Source of the DNA: an archaeon
GTDB taxonomy: Archaea; Nanobdellota; Nanobdellia; Pacearchaeales; GW2011-AR1
DNA length: 64,000 nucleotides
NCBI GenBank assembly: GCA_043810775.1
Contig: JBDRNU010000026.1
Location: 4,639-68,638, forward strand
Reading direction: 5' to 3'
Within the stretch, counting starts at the first letter, position 1. Every line of letters begins with the position of its first letter. The notes under the pieces were generated by a model that was not told the DNA's origin, searched no databases, and saw only the letters and a program-made list of their open reading frames with translations. The position numbers were made by a program, and so were the translations under genes. This document shows, piece after piece, positions 1 through 7,940 of this stretch.

Positions 1-607
1 TTAGCTCAATTATACACTTGCTCCAGTATTTTAGCAAGTCTCCTCCAACCATTCTTGCTTCAGGCTTCTTGCCAGCTCTAAAATCTTCATCAGATAAAAA
101 CTCAGAATAAGTCTGATTAGTAGCAATAATTGGAATTAGCTTATTTCTTGATATTTCAGCTAAAGTTCTCAGCTGTCTTGCTAGCTGAGAATTTATCTCC
201 TTAACTTTCATCTCATCTTCCTTGCAATTAGCCAGTTCCAGCCTGTATAGCATAGTCATGCCATCTACAACTATCAACCCAACACCCTTAATTTCTTTTA
301 GCATTTTCTCAAATGCTTTTTCCTGCTCATCAAAAGTCACTGGCTTTAGCAATAAGATATTTTTCAGGGCTTTTTCATACTCTTCCCCAGTTACTTGCTT
401 AAACCTGTCAAGCGAAAATCCTCCCTCACTATCGATAAAAATAACCTTCTTATCTTTTTTAGCCATGCTGCTGGCAGCTAGAACACAAAAATTAGTTTTC
501 CCAGAGCCAGCTGGCCCATAAATAGTAGTTATAATGTCCTTTTCATATCCGCCATAAAGCCACTTATTCAAGTCAAAACTTCCAGCTGAAATCCTGTCAG
601 TTCTCAT
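1..607 (-). CDS. radB: RadB-type RecA-family ATPase (3' end runs off the left window edge)
   Basis: Own translation from ATG at 607: MRTDRISAGSFDLNKWLYGGYEKDIITTIYGPAGSGKTNFCVLAA... Walker A GPAGSGKT and Walker B-like LIVVDG are present. GGGAGGA SD-like motif lies just upstream. No stop before position 1, so it is absent from the ORF track. Confidence 0.75.
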   Translation of the reverse strand, partial: MRTDRISAGSFDLNKWLYGGYEKDIITTIYGPAGSGKTNFCVLAASSMAKKDKKVIFIDSEGGFSLDRFKQVTGEEYEKALKNILLLKPVTFDEQEKAFEKMLKEIKGVGLIVVDGMTMLYRLELANCKEDEMKVKEINSQLARQLRTLAEISRNKLIPIIATNQTYSEFLSDEDFRAGKKPEARMVGGDLLKYWSKCIIEL

Positions 608-765
608 TTTTCCTCCCTAAATCCTGGAAAAATGAGGGCTCGAAAATTTTAATTTTCGTTGTTCTCATAATTAGTTAAGTATTGGCCTACTTATATTAAT
701 TTGTATACTAAAAATAAATTAATTAAATAATAACATTTAAAAACTCCTTAAAACCAGTCAAAGAT

Positions 766-1122
766 ATGGAAAAAATCTTATTAGTTGAGGATGATATAGC
801 CTTAGCTGAACAAATGAAAAGATTTTTAGAAGAAACTCGGAAATGCCGAGTTAATATAACTCTTACACTAGATGAAGCATTGAAAAATGCGCACCAAAAT
901 TATGATTTGCTGATTACAGATAAAAATCTCGGAGGCCATAGAGGAATACACCCCCTTTTAGATTATATGAAAGAAGAAAAGCCATATACCCCTGTTCTTC
1001 TTGCTTCTGGTGAAGAGGGTATTCAGGCAAGAAGAGAGCTCTACTGCCATGATTTTTGGGATAAAGATGATATAGATGAGTTTTTAGGAAAAGTCGACAA
1101 ATTGCTATCCAAAGCTGCGTGA
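766..1122 (+). CDS. Stand-alone response-regulator receiver (CheY-like) domain protein
   Basis: MEKILLVEDD... N-terminal acidic pair and LLITDKNL putative phospho-acceptor Asp. About 118 aa with no output domain and no histidine kinase nearby. Confidence 0.7.
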   Translation: MEKILLVEDDIALAEQMKRFLEETRKCRVNITLTLDEALKNAHQNYDLLITDKNLGGHRGIHPLLDYMKEEKPYTPVLLASGEEGIQARRELYCHDFWDKDDIDEFLGKVDKLLSKAA

Positions 1123-1235
1123 AAATTTTAGAATGATTTTCCCTTAAATTCTGGCTCTTCCAAGCTATAATGCTTGACTTTTTTATTTTTTCCTTATTCT
1201 CCTTACTTAAATATTTTCCCTTTCAATAACTGCGC

Positions 1236-1790
1236 CTATTTCTCACCTTCTTCTTCGCTAAAAATCTGTGCCTGAAATCTATAAAGCTTAAATTTCTCTT
1301 TCTGCCAGCTGTCTTTAGGCAAGCAGGCTTTCTGGCATAAAACTTCTAAAAACTGAATTCTATCCATATTATTTTCACTAGCTACCTGAGGCAATAGCAA
1401 GCCAGAATATCCTAAATACTCACACATTAAGCCGTCTTTTCCAACCTCAACTTCACTAGCACTGCACTTTACTGGCATTGTCAAAACAGAAACCTCAATC
1501 TTAATTTCATCTAGCTCACTCTCCTTTACACTGGAAAATCTTGGGTCAGAAAAAGCAGCTGATTTCGCAGCCTCAACTATAGCTTCACAAACAGCCTTAG
1601 TAGGATAAGGCAATCCAATGCATCCCCTCAGCTTTTCATTTTTATGCAAAGTAACAAATACCCCTCTAGCCTGTCTAAATTTAGCTCCTTTGGGAAGCTC
1701 AATTTTTTCACCTGAAAACTTGCTTTTTATAGACTCTCTAGCAAGTTTCACAAACTCCTTGCCATCTTCCCCAATATATTCCCCTAGCAT
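1236..1790 (-). CDS. AMMECR1 domain protein
   Basis: 184 aa with the family signature LRGCIGLPYP and the typical length. Confidence 0.85.
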   Translation of the reverse strand: MLGEYIGEDGKEFVKLARESIKSKFSGEKIELPKGAKFRQARGVFVTLHKNEKLRGCIGLPYPTKAVCEAIVEAAKSAAFSDPRFSSVKESELDEIKIEVSVLTMPVKCSASEVEVGKDGLMCEYLGYSGLLLPQVASENNMDRIQFLEVLCQKACLPKDSWQKEKFKLYRFQAQIFSEEEGEK

Positions 1791-1826
1791 AACAAGTATT
1801 ATATACTAAAGTTTAATAATCTTCTT

Positions 1827-2195
1827 ATGAATGAGAGGGATCCACTAGCCACCGCCTTAGAACTGTTATCAAAGCTAAATGAAAATTATGACCCATTAGT
1901 TGCTAAAGAGCTGAAAAATCTTATTGAATCGCCTGGAAAAGGACCTTTAAAAATTCTATATAGTAAGAAATTATATATAATTATGAACAAAAATGTTTCT
2001 GAACTAATTAAAAAAATGGAAGAAGCTTTAAGAACAGGTGAAGGCTATCTAACTGAAGAAGAAAAGCTAAAAATTACAAAGTCTATGTCACTAGATGCTC
2101 AGCTAAAAGAAGATTACTTAGGAAGATATGCGCATCTTATAAGAATTACTCCATCATCAGAAAAACCTACAGAAATAGCCTATGACACAATTTAA
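1827..2195 (+). CDS. Hypothetical protein
   Basis: 122-aa ORF fills the gap between neighbours. No recognisable motif. Confidence 0.4.
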   Translation: MNERDPLATALELLSKLNENYDPLVAKELKNLIESPGKGPLKILYSKKLYIIMNKNVSELIKKMEEALRTGEGYLTEEEKLKITKSMSLDAQLKEDYLGRYAHLIRITPSSEKPTEIAYDTI

Positions 2196-2207
2196 ACAAC
2201 ACGCTGA

Positions 2208-2465
2208 TTATTTTTTTAAGCCGGCTACCAGCTTATCAGTATCTTTTTCTATTTCAGAAACTGCATCCTGAATAGCTTTTTTAGGAGTCTTGTTTTTAGT
2301 CTTTATTTTTAAAATAGGGTTTTTAGTAGGGTGCTCTCTTTTCCAAGCTGCAAAACTAACACTCTCATCTTTATTTAAATACACTCTTAAAAGTTCAACT
2401 ATAGTCATATTGCTAATTTCAATTTCAGCTTCAGTCTTATCTTCTTTTAAATATTTAATTTCCAT
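2208..2465 (-). CDS. rpoL: DNA-directed RNA polymerase subunit L (Rpo11)
   Basis: MEIKYLKEDKTEAEIEISNMTIVELLRVYLNKDESVSFAAWKREHPTKNPILKIKT matches the Rpo11/RpoL pattern. I prefer the ATG at 2465 over the track start at 2513, because a TTTATAAA box lies about 25 nt upstream of 2465. Confidence 0.75.
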   Translation of the reverse strand: MEIKYLKEDKTEAEIEISNMTIVELLRVYLNKDESVSFAAWKREHPTKNPILKIKTKNKTPKKAIQDAVSEIEKDTDKLVAGLKK

Positions 2466-2486
2466 ATTAATACTCTGAAAAATTAG

Positions 2487-2494
2487 TTTATAAA
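2487..2494 (-). promoter_or_regulatory. TATA-box-like TTTATAAA, putative rpoL promoter (near-leaderless)
   Basis: Palindromic TTTATAAA centred about 25 nt upstream of the rpoL ATG at 2465. The same motif sits at similar distance upstream of other genes here (for example 55666-55673 before aIF1A). Confidence 0.4.
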
Positions 2495-2518
2495 GCTTAT
2501 TGTAGCTGAACATTAACT
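2489..2518. repeat. 30-nt perfect direct repeat, copy 1 (flanks element copy A)
   Basis: TATAAAGCTTATTGTAGCTGAACATTAACT is identical to 2600-2629. Confidence 0.9.
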
Positions 2519-2600
2519 AACTCTATGCAGGGAGTTAATTCAGTGGGCTAATATCTCTGATTTAGTCCCGCTCTTTGGCAACCTTTGGAAAAGGTTGACT
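2515..2600. mobile_element. Hairpin-rich non-coding repeat element, copy A (86 nt; MITE/SINE-like or structured RNA)
   Basis: Starts AACTAACTCTATGCAGGGAGTTAAT and ends AAAGGTTGACT, homologous to 5337-5430 and 41759-41905. Three predicted hairpins and no ORF. Confidence 0.55.
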
Positions 2601-2629
2601 ATAAAGCTTATTGTAGCTGAACATTAACT
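2600..2629. repeat. 30-nt perfect direct repeat, copy 2
   Basis: Identical to 2489-2518. Lies directly after the stop codon (2631-2633) of the upstream minus-strand gene. Confidence 0.9.
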
Positions 2630-2630
2630 T

Positions 2631-3440
2631 TTAATCATCCAAGAACTCAATCTGCCCTACCTCCTCCCCACCCTCCAGCTCAATCTCGCTACTCTCTTCA
2701 TCTTTAAATTCAGGAATTTCTTCAATTTCAGCTTTTTGCCTCTCCAGTTTCATTCTCTGCAAGTCTGCGATAGTAATTGTTTTCAGCGAGTTATTATCAA
2801 AATTTAAAACCCTCGCAGGTTTTCTAACTGCTTCAATTCTTTCCTGCTCTTTTTGAAACTCTTTTTTCCTTAAGAATATACCAAAATACTGCTCTAACTT
2901 ATTTATAATTCTGTCACCATCTCCTGGCAAGTCTCCGCTTTCAATCATTTTCACTGCCTCTTCTGACTCACCTAAAGCATCACTTACTTGTTTTAAAGTC
3001 AGGTGCTTTTTTCTTCTCGCTGCCTGAATATGCCAGTGGAAATTATCCACAAGATATAAAGGCTTATTTCTAGCTATACTCTGTTGCCTTTTAATTTCAA
3101 AACTAGGCTTATCATAATTCTTAGCCTTAGTCAGCTTGTCTAAAGTAAGTTTAACCTTATCCTCTGTCTTACTGGCCGGAAGCCCAGCCATTCTGCTAAG
3201 TCTCTGATAAACAGTATAAGGCTTATCAGTCTCCCTTAACTGATAAGAAGTAGGTTTCCTGATAATAGGAATTTCTTCAACTAGCGCACACTCTTCACAA
3301 ATCCTAACTATCTCATCGCCATCAATTGCATCAAGAAGTCTGACTTCTTCTTCATCCCTTAGGCATCTGAAACACTGTTCCATAGCTGAGCTAAAAGGAT
3401 TTAGCTTATTAATATTACTATAATGCAAAACATATGTCAA
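2631..3440 (-). CDS. Zinc-ribbon plus XRE-type HTH protein (MBF1-like), acidic C-terminal tail
   Basis: CFRC...CEEC zinc ribbon near the N-terminus and HLTLKQVSDALGESEEAVKMIESGDLP HTH. The real start may be the internal MEQCFRC at about 3383. Confidence 0.55.
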   Translation of the reverse strand: MTYVLHYSNINKLNPFSSAMEQCFRCLRDEEEVRLLDAIDGDEIVRICEECALVEEIPIIRKPTSYQLRETDKPYTVYQRLSRMAGLPASKTEDKVKLTLDKLTKAKNYDKPSFEIKRQQSIARNKPLYLVDNFHWHIQAARRKKHLTLKQVSDALGESEEAVKMIESGDLPGDGDRIINKLEQYFGIFLRKKEFQKEQERIEAVRKPARVLNFDNNSLKTITIADLQRMKLERQKAEIEEIPEFKDEESSEIELEGGEEVGQIEFLDD

Positions 3441-3446
3441 CTAGAT

Positions 3447-4106
3447 TTATTTAAGTAAATTCTCCACTTCTTCAACACTCATTAGTTCTGTAATCTGGTA
3501 TTTTTCATCTATCAATAAGCAAGGAACCTCACTAATATTATATTTAGCCATTAACAAATCCAGCGAATCAACTTGCAAGTCAGTTGCAATAGGAATCAGC
3601 AAGATTTCGTTGCCTCTCTTTTCCTTTAAATCAAGAGCAATTTTGGAAAAAACATTTTGAAAAGACTTAGTCTGAATTGGAGTATCCTCATAATCATATA
3701 AATAAACTACAGTATGAAAGCTATCATCACAGTTTTCCTTTATCTTAATGCTATTTACCCACAGCATAGTTCTAAGAATATCATATCTCTTATGGGCAAT
3801 TTTCAGTTCATCACTAATTTTACTGGAAGAATCATAATCCTCCAAAGTTCTGGCTTCCCAGTAAATCCTGTCAGCAAATTCAACATTTTTTTTCACAGCT
3901 AGTTCACAATCAAGATTAAAATCAGAAAATAAGTCACTCTGCAGCCTTAAGTCCATTAAATCTACCTGAGAATCTAAATAAAGATAATCCACTCTCTGTG
4001 TCCTAAAATTCTCAACTAAAGCCCCTATAAGCATTCCAAAGAAAAAAATCAGCATTGCTACTAGTAAAGCCTGCCAAAACACGTGCTTTTGATTTTTAAC
4101 TACCAT
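3447..4106 (-). CDS. Membrane-anchored hypothetical protein
   Basis: 219 aa with one N-terminal TM helix (ALLVAMLIFFFGMLIGALV). Overlaps the upstream GT2 stop by 7 nt. Confidence 0.5.
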   Translation of the reverse strand: MVVKNQKHVFWQALLVAMLIFFFGMLIGALVENFRTQRVDYLYLDSQVDLMDLRLQSDLFSDFNLDCELAVKKNVEFADRIYWEARTLEDYDSSSKISDELKIAHKRYDILRTMLWVNSIKIKENCDDSFHTVVYLYDYEDTPIQTKSFQNVFSKIALDLKEKRGNEILLIPIATDLQVDSLDLLMAKYNISEVPCLLIDEKYQITELMSVEEVENLLK

Positions 4107-5326
4107 TTGTATTTCTTCCTAGCTAGCCTGTAAACTGCAAAAACTAAAAGTATAGGTATTGCAGTTAAATACACTAAAGTATAAAACACAAGGTTAAAAT
4201 AATTTTCCTTTTTCAACTGGTCTTCTTTCATAACCCTTAATGAAAAAAGAGTGAAAAACAATCCAAGAATAAATAGCATTATTCCAAAATAAATTAAAAT
4301 TGAAGGTGTCAAGTTTAAATCCTGCATAGTCAAAATAGCTGTCTGGGCATAAATTGAATAAGAAGTTGAAAGATAAGCTTTTAAAATCCTCTGCAAAAAC
4401 AAGTAAGTAAATAATCCCAGCCCAAACAATCCTAAAAAAAGAGATACAACAAAAAATGGCAGAATAAAATACCCCAGCATGTTTCTCCTGAAAAATATGC
4501 CTTTATACTTATTTATTGTCTGTATTCCACCCATATTCCACCTCACCCTCTGCCTAAACCACTTCTTAAAAGTAGAAGGGGCAGTAGTATAAGTTTTAGC
4601 TGCAAGGCACATCTTTGCCTTGTATCCATTATATACTAAGTGCCAGGTAACCTCAATATCCTCAGTCATATTCTTAGGATCAAAACCTCCAATCTCTCTT
4701 AAAGCTGATGCCCTGTAAATGCTCAAAGGCCCGTTAGTCACATAAACAGAATCCACATAATCCAGCATTTTTCTGGTCCATGCAATCACAGTATACTCAA
4801 AAGCCTGCAAAGTTTCAATAAACTTATTATTCTCCCTGACTAGTATGGAATTTGTAACTGCTCCAACCTTGCTGTCATTAAAAAAACCTATCATCTTTTC
4901 CATTGAGTCTTTCAAAGGATAAGAATCAGAATCAGTAACAGCCATTAGCTCTCCCTTAACTAGCTTGAGTACCTTATTCAAGCTATTAGCCTTTCCCAGA
5001 TTTTTCCCATTATCAACTAGTATCAAATTTTTATACTCTTTTTTTAGTTTAAGTATAATTTCTTTTGTCTTGTCAATAGAGCCGTCATTTATCACAATCA
5101 CTTCATATAAAGGATAAGTTGAGTCAAATACATGCCTGATTGTAGTCTCAATTGTCTCTTCTTCATTATAAGCTGGAATAACTACACTTAGCCTGTATTT
5201 CTTTCTAGCTCTTGGATAATCAAAAAGAGTTTTTCTATTTTTAAGATAAATTAAAATAAAAAAACTCATCATATAAATTCCAATGAACATATACGCTAAA
5301 TATATAATAGTAAGTATCTCTACCAT
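4100..5326 (-). CDS. Family 2 glycosyltransferase, processive-type membrane enzyme
   Basis: VVIPAYNEEETI, INDGSIDKT, TDSD and QRVRW (QxxRW) motifs, plus N- and C-terminal TM helices. Confidence 0.85.
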   Translation of the reverse strand: MVEILTIIYLAYMFIGIYMMSFFILIYLKNRKTLFDYPRARKKYRLSVVIPAYNEEETIETTIRHVFDSTYPLYEVIVINDGSIDKTKEIILKLKKEYKNLILVDNGKNLGKANSLNKVLKLVKGELMAVTDSDSYPLKDSMEKMIGFFNDSKVGAVTNSILVRENNKFIETLQAFEYTVIAWTRKMLDYVDSVYVTNGPLSIYRASALREIGGFDPKNMTEDIEVTWHLVYNGYKAKMCLAAKTYTTAPSTFKKWFRQRVRWNMGGIQTINKYKGIFFRRNMLGYFILPFFVVSLFLGLFGLGLFTYLFLQRILKAYLSTSYSIYAQTAILTMQDLNLTPSILIYFGIMLFILGLFFTLFSLRVMKEDQLKKENYFNLVFYTLVYLTAIPILLVFAVYRLARKKYKW

Positions 5327-5336
5327 TTTGAATATT
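5321..5336. repeat. 16-nt perfect direct repeat, copy 1 (contains the GT2 start codon)
   Basis: TACCATTTTGAATATT is identical to 5431-5446. On the minus strand it reads AATATTCAAAATGGTA, with the ATG at 5326. Confidence 0.9.
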
Positions 5337-5430
5337 AACTAACTCTATGCAGGGAGTTAATGAGGTGAGGTAATATCTTACATCAGTAAGATTTAGTCTC
5401 GCTGTTTGCCAAGCTTTATAAAGCTTGACT
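5337..5430. mobile_element. Hairpin-rich non-coding repeat element, copy B (94 nt)
   Basis: The first 25 nt match copy A exactly. Internal 7-bp hairpin ATCTTAC-ATCA-GTAAGAT and terminal palindrome CAAGCTTTATAAAGCTTG followed by ACT. Confidence 0.55.
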
Positions 5431-5446
5431 TACCATTTTGAATATT
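5431..5446. repeat. 16-nt perfect direct repeat, copy 2
   Basis: Identical to 5321-5336. Confidence 0.9.
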
Positions 5447-5503
5447 GAAATATCCCCAGTCTAAATTTATTCTTTTTTCTCTTCTTCTTTCTGTCAGAAA
5501 TAC

Positions 5504-6061
5504 TTACTGATGTTCGTATTTCTGAGCATCCAAAAAACTCTCAGATTTGCCAGAGTTTTTTTGATTTCCAACAGCAAAATAATCATAAAAATTCTCGCTT
5601 AAGCTCAGCTCCTTAGTCCTTCCAGCTTTCTTAGCTCTTATTAAGCCTAGCTCTGCAAAATTCTTTACATGTTCATAAGCCTTATTGCCTCTAATCTTAA
5701 TAATTACAGACTGTTTAACTGGCTGTTTATAAGCAATAATTGCAAGTGTTTCTTGTTCTGCCCTTGTAAACTCAGCTGAACCAGTAGCCAGCCGATTAAC
5801 CATTTCCATATGCTCCTGCTTAACATCCATTTTCCAGCTATTATCCTTTCTCACAATCTCAATTCCAGAATCATCACTATACTTATCCTCTAGCTTGGAA
5901 ATAATCTCCTTTAACATAATAGGGTTAACATCAGTCAGAGCCACTAGCTCTTGCAAGCTAAGATACCTTCCAGAAATAAACAAGGCTGCCTCTATTTTCT
6001 TCAGGCTGTTAATTTCTATTGCCCTGTCCAAATCCTCATTTGTTTTTTTAGATAAATCCAT
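5504..6061 (-). CDS. scpB: Segregation and condensation protein B
   Basis: EAALFISGRYLSLQELV and ETLAIIAYKQPVKQSVIIKIRG winged-helix repeats typical of ScpB. Confidence 0.8.
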   Translation of the reverse strand: MDLSKKTNEDLDRAIEINSLKKIEAALFISGRYLSLQELVALTDVNPIMLKEIISKLEDKYSDDSGIEIVRKDNSWKMDVKQEHMEMVNRLATGSAEFTRAEQETLAIIAYKQPVKQSVIIKIRGNKAYEHVKNFAELGLIRAKKAGRTKELSLSENFYDYFAVGNQKNSGKSESFLDAQKYEHQ

Positions 6062-6247
6062 AAAGAAATAATAATTTCAGTATTTTTAAAATGTATGCTA
6101 ATCAAAAAGATTATCAGAACACTGACTTCTGCCCTAAATAAACAACAACATGAGTAAACCTATCACTTCCAGGTGATTTAATAGCTTCATCACTTTCTGC
6201 TCCATCTTCAACATGATAAACAACTTCATTTACTTTGTACATCCCGC

Positions 6248-6460
6248 TTAAAGAATTAAAGCGTCAATTATAACTAACACAACTCCCACTAAAGTCAGTA
6301 TTACTATTGCCCATCCAGCAGCTACTGATAATGTCACTAAATAAGGAACTGTCAAAGTCTTAGAAATCATACCATGGCCTACAGCCAGTGATACTAAAAC
6401 ACCAACTAGCCACGCTAAAAAGCTCCATACCTTAGATAAAGTGCCTGATTTTTTTGCCAT
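6248..6460 (-). CDS. Small two-TM membrane protein
   Basis: 70 aa, hydrophobic, with a strong SD (AAAGGAGGTAAAAA before the ATG). Confidence 0.5.
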   Translation of the reverse strand: MAKKSGTLSKVWSFLAWLVGVLVSLAVGHGMISKTLTVPYLVTLSVAAGWAIVILTLVGVVLVIIDALIL

Positions 6461-6525
6461 TTTTTACCTCCTTTTAGATAAGTTAACAAGGTTAAATTTA
6501 TATTTAAACCTTGCTTTAATAATAA

Positions 6526-7035
6526 ATGAAAAAAATGGGGAAAATATTAATTCCAATAACCATATTACTCATAATAATACTCAGTTTACTCATAATTAGG
6601 GCTTTTTCAGAAAAACAGCTTGATGATGTCTCTCCAACAGTTACTTGCTCTCCTGAACTGCTTGAAAAAGCAGATGTTCTTTATATTATCCCCAGCTATA
6701 AAAACCAAAATATTTCATCTAATCAAGAATGGTGCCGCTCTATTCTCTTGCTAAATAAAAAACTTGCTCTTCACGGAGTTTATCATACTTACAAGGAATT
6801 TTCAACTGACAGAAGCAAGGAATATCTTGAAAAAGGAATAAAAGAATTTGAAAACTGTTTTAATCTCAAGCCAGAAGAATTTAAATCACCCCAGCTAGCC
6901 ACCTCAATCACTAATAAAAAACTAATAAAAAATAATAATTTAAAGCTAAATGGGATAGCTAATCAAATTTTCCATAAAGTCTATCACTGCGATAATTCTG
7001 GAACTTTTCCTAATTGGCTTATGAACTGGATTTAG
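6526..7035 (+). CDS. Hypothetical N-terminally anchored protein
   Basis: 169 aa with an N-terminal TM/signal (ILIPITILLIIILSLLIIRA). No firm family call. Confidence 0.4.
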   Translation: MKKMGKILIPITILLIIILSLLIIRAFSEKQLDDVSPTVTCSPELLEKADVLYIIPSYKNQNISSNQEWCRSILLLNKKLALHGVYHTYKEFSTDRSKEYLEKGIKEFENCFNLKPEEFKSPQLATSITNKKLIKNNNLKLNGIANQIFHKVYHCDNSGTFPNWLMNWI

Positions 7036-7600
7036 CTGAAATTCTTTCATGCTGAGGATGCCACATACTACACCAATTATTATTTCTAATGTTCACCCCA
7101 TATTTTTCTGAATGTAATTTTGATAATACAACATTAATAATATCTATCGGCATTTCACCACCAATATTAAAAACTATCACTCCAGTTTTCTTTTTAATAA
7201 CTCTCAACATTTCTCTTAAAGCCATTTCTGTATTTATGCTCTTTGGATACCATCCAACAGCTTTAGTAGAATAAGCAAAATCAAATGATTCATCTTTAAA
7301 AGGTAATTCTTCTGCCAAAGCTCTTAAACTTTTATTAGGAAAAGCAGGTTTTATTATTCTATAAACAATTCCATCACCATTTCCCATAATTCTTCCAAGA
7401 TTAGGATCAATACCAAACAAATTCTCAGCTTCTCCAAGTTGTTCTCCATAAAAACCACAACCAACATCAAGAATCATCTTCCTACTTTCTTCTTCACTAA
7501 ACCCAATTCCTGCCAAACCGTGATCCCAGCCATCGCTAACATTAGTGCAATAATTATAAGAAGTTCTATCAAAATTTACTGATGAATTAATATTTTTCAT
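7019..7600 (-). CDS. Class I SAM-dependent methyltransferase
   Basis: Motif I ILDVGCGFYG and downstream acidic-loop pattern. Confidence 0.7.
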   Translation of the reverse strand: MKNINSSVNFDRTSYNYCTNVSDGWDHGLAGIGFSEEESRKMILDVGCGFYGEQLGEAENLFGIDPNLGRIMGNGDGIVYRIIKPAFPNKSLRALAEELPFKDESFDFAYSTKAVGWYPKSINTEMALREMLRVIKKKTGVIVFNIGGEMPIDIINVVLSKLHSEKYGVNIRNNNWCSMWHPQHERISAKSSS

Positions 7601-7650
7601 AGAAAACTATTAAAATAATAATTCTTAAACTTTTCTAATTTAAAGCTTCC

Positions 7651-7878
7651 CTAACTTATAAACAAGTAGACTAATATTATAGCAATAATAACAACAACAA
7701 TCCAAAACCACTTACTTTTAAGCAATGAAGAAAAAAAGCCTTTTGTTTGCTTAGCTTCTGACTTTGTCCTTGAACCTGTATTTTTAACTCTCTGAACAGT
7801 GTTTATTGTTTTGTCAATTGGATTCAAGACACTATTAACCTTGTCTGATGCCCTGCTTAATGAATCTAGTGCTCCCAT
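7651..7878 (-). CDS. Small C-terminally anchored hypothetical protein
   Basis: I prefer the internal start MGALDSL, because the longer track ORF (to 7986) overlaps the aRF1 3' end. C-terminal TM WFWIVVVIIAIILVYLFI. Confidence 0.35.
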   Translation of the reverse strand: MGALDSLSRASDKVNSVLNPIDKTINTVQRVKNTGSRTKSEAKQTKGFFSSLLKSKWFWIVVVIIAIILVYLFIS

Positions 7879-7940
7879 TTTAAATCTCCATAACACCTCT
7901 TTAATACAATAATTTCTAATGCTTTTTAAATTTTCCTGAA

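Noticed and set aside
222-521. 99-aa plus-strand ORF
   Set aside because: It is antisense to the well-supported radB gene (Walker A on the minus strand). The Ser/Phe-rich low-complexity translation is typical of an antisense frame in AT-rich DNA.
2489-2629. Possible minimal CRISPR (30-nt repeat, 81-nt spacer, 30-nt repeat)
   Set aside because: There are only two repeat copies. The 'spacer' is homologous to two other loci that have different flanking repeats. The repeat contains the downstream gene's promoter, and no cas genes or leader are present.
5365-5395. CUGAUGU/GAAA-like strings on the minus strand of the element suggested a hammerhead or C/D-box RNA
   Set aside because: The core reads CUGAUGU, not CUGANGA, with no matching GAAA or stem III arrangement. 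No paired C/D and C'/D' boxes occur at the right spacing. Copy A lacks this segment altogether.
6114-6242. Possible 42-aa minus-strand ORF (MYKVNEVVYHVEDGAESDEAIKSPGSDRFTHVVVYLGQKSVF) 5 nt after the stop of the 70-aa membrane protein gene
   Set aside because: No SD, no recognisable motif and very short. Plausible but unsupported, so not listed as a feature.
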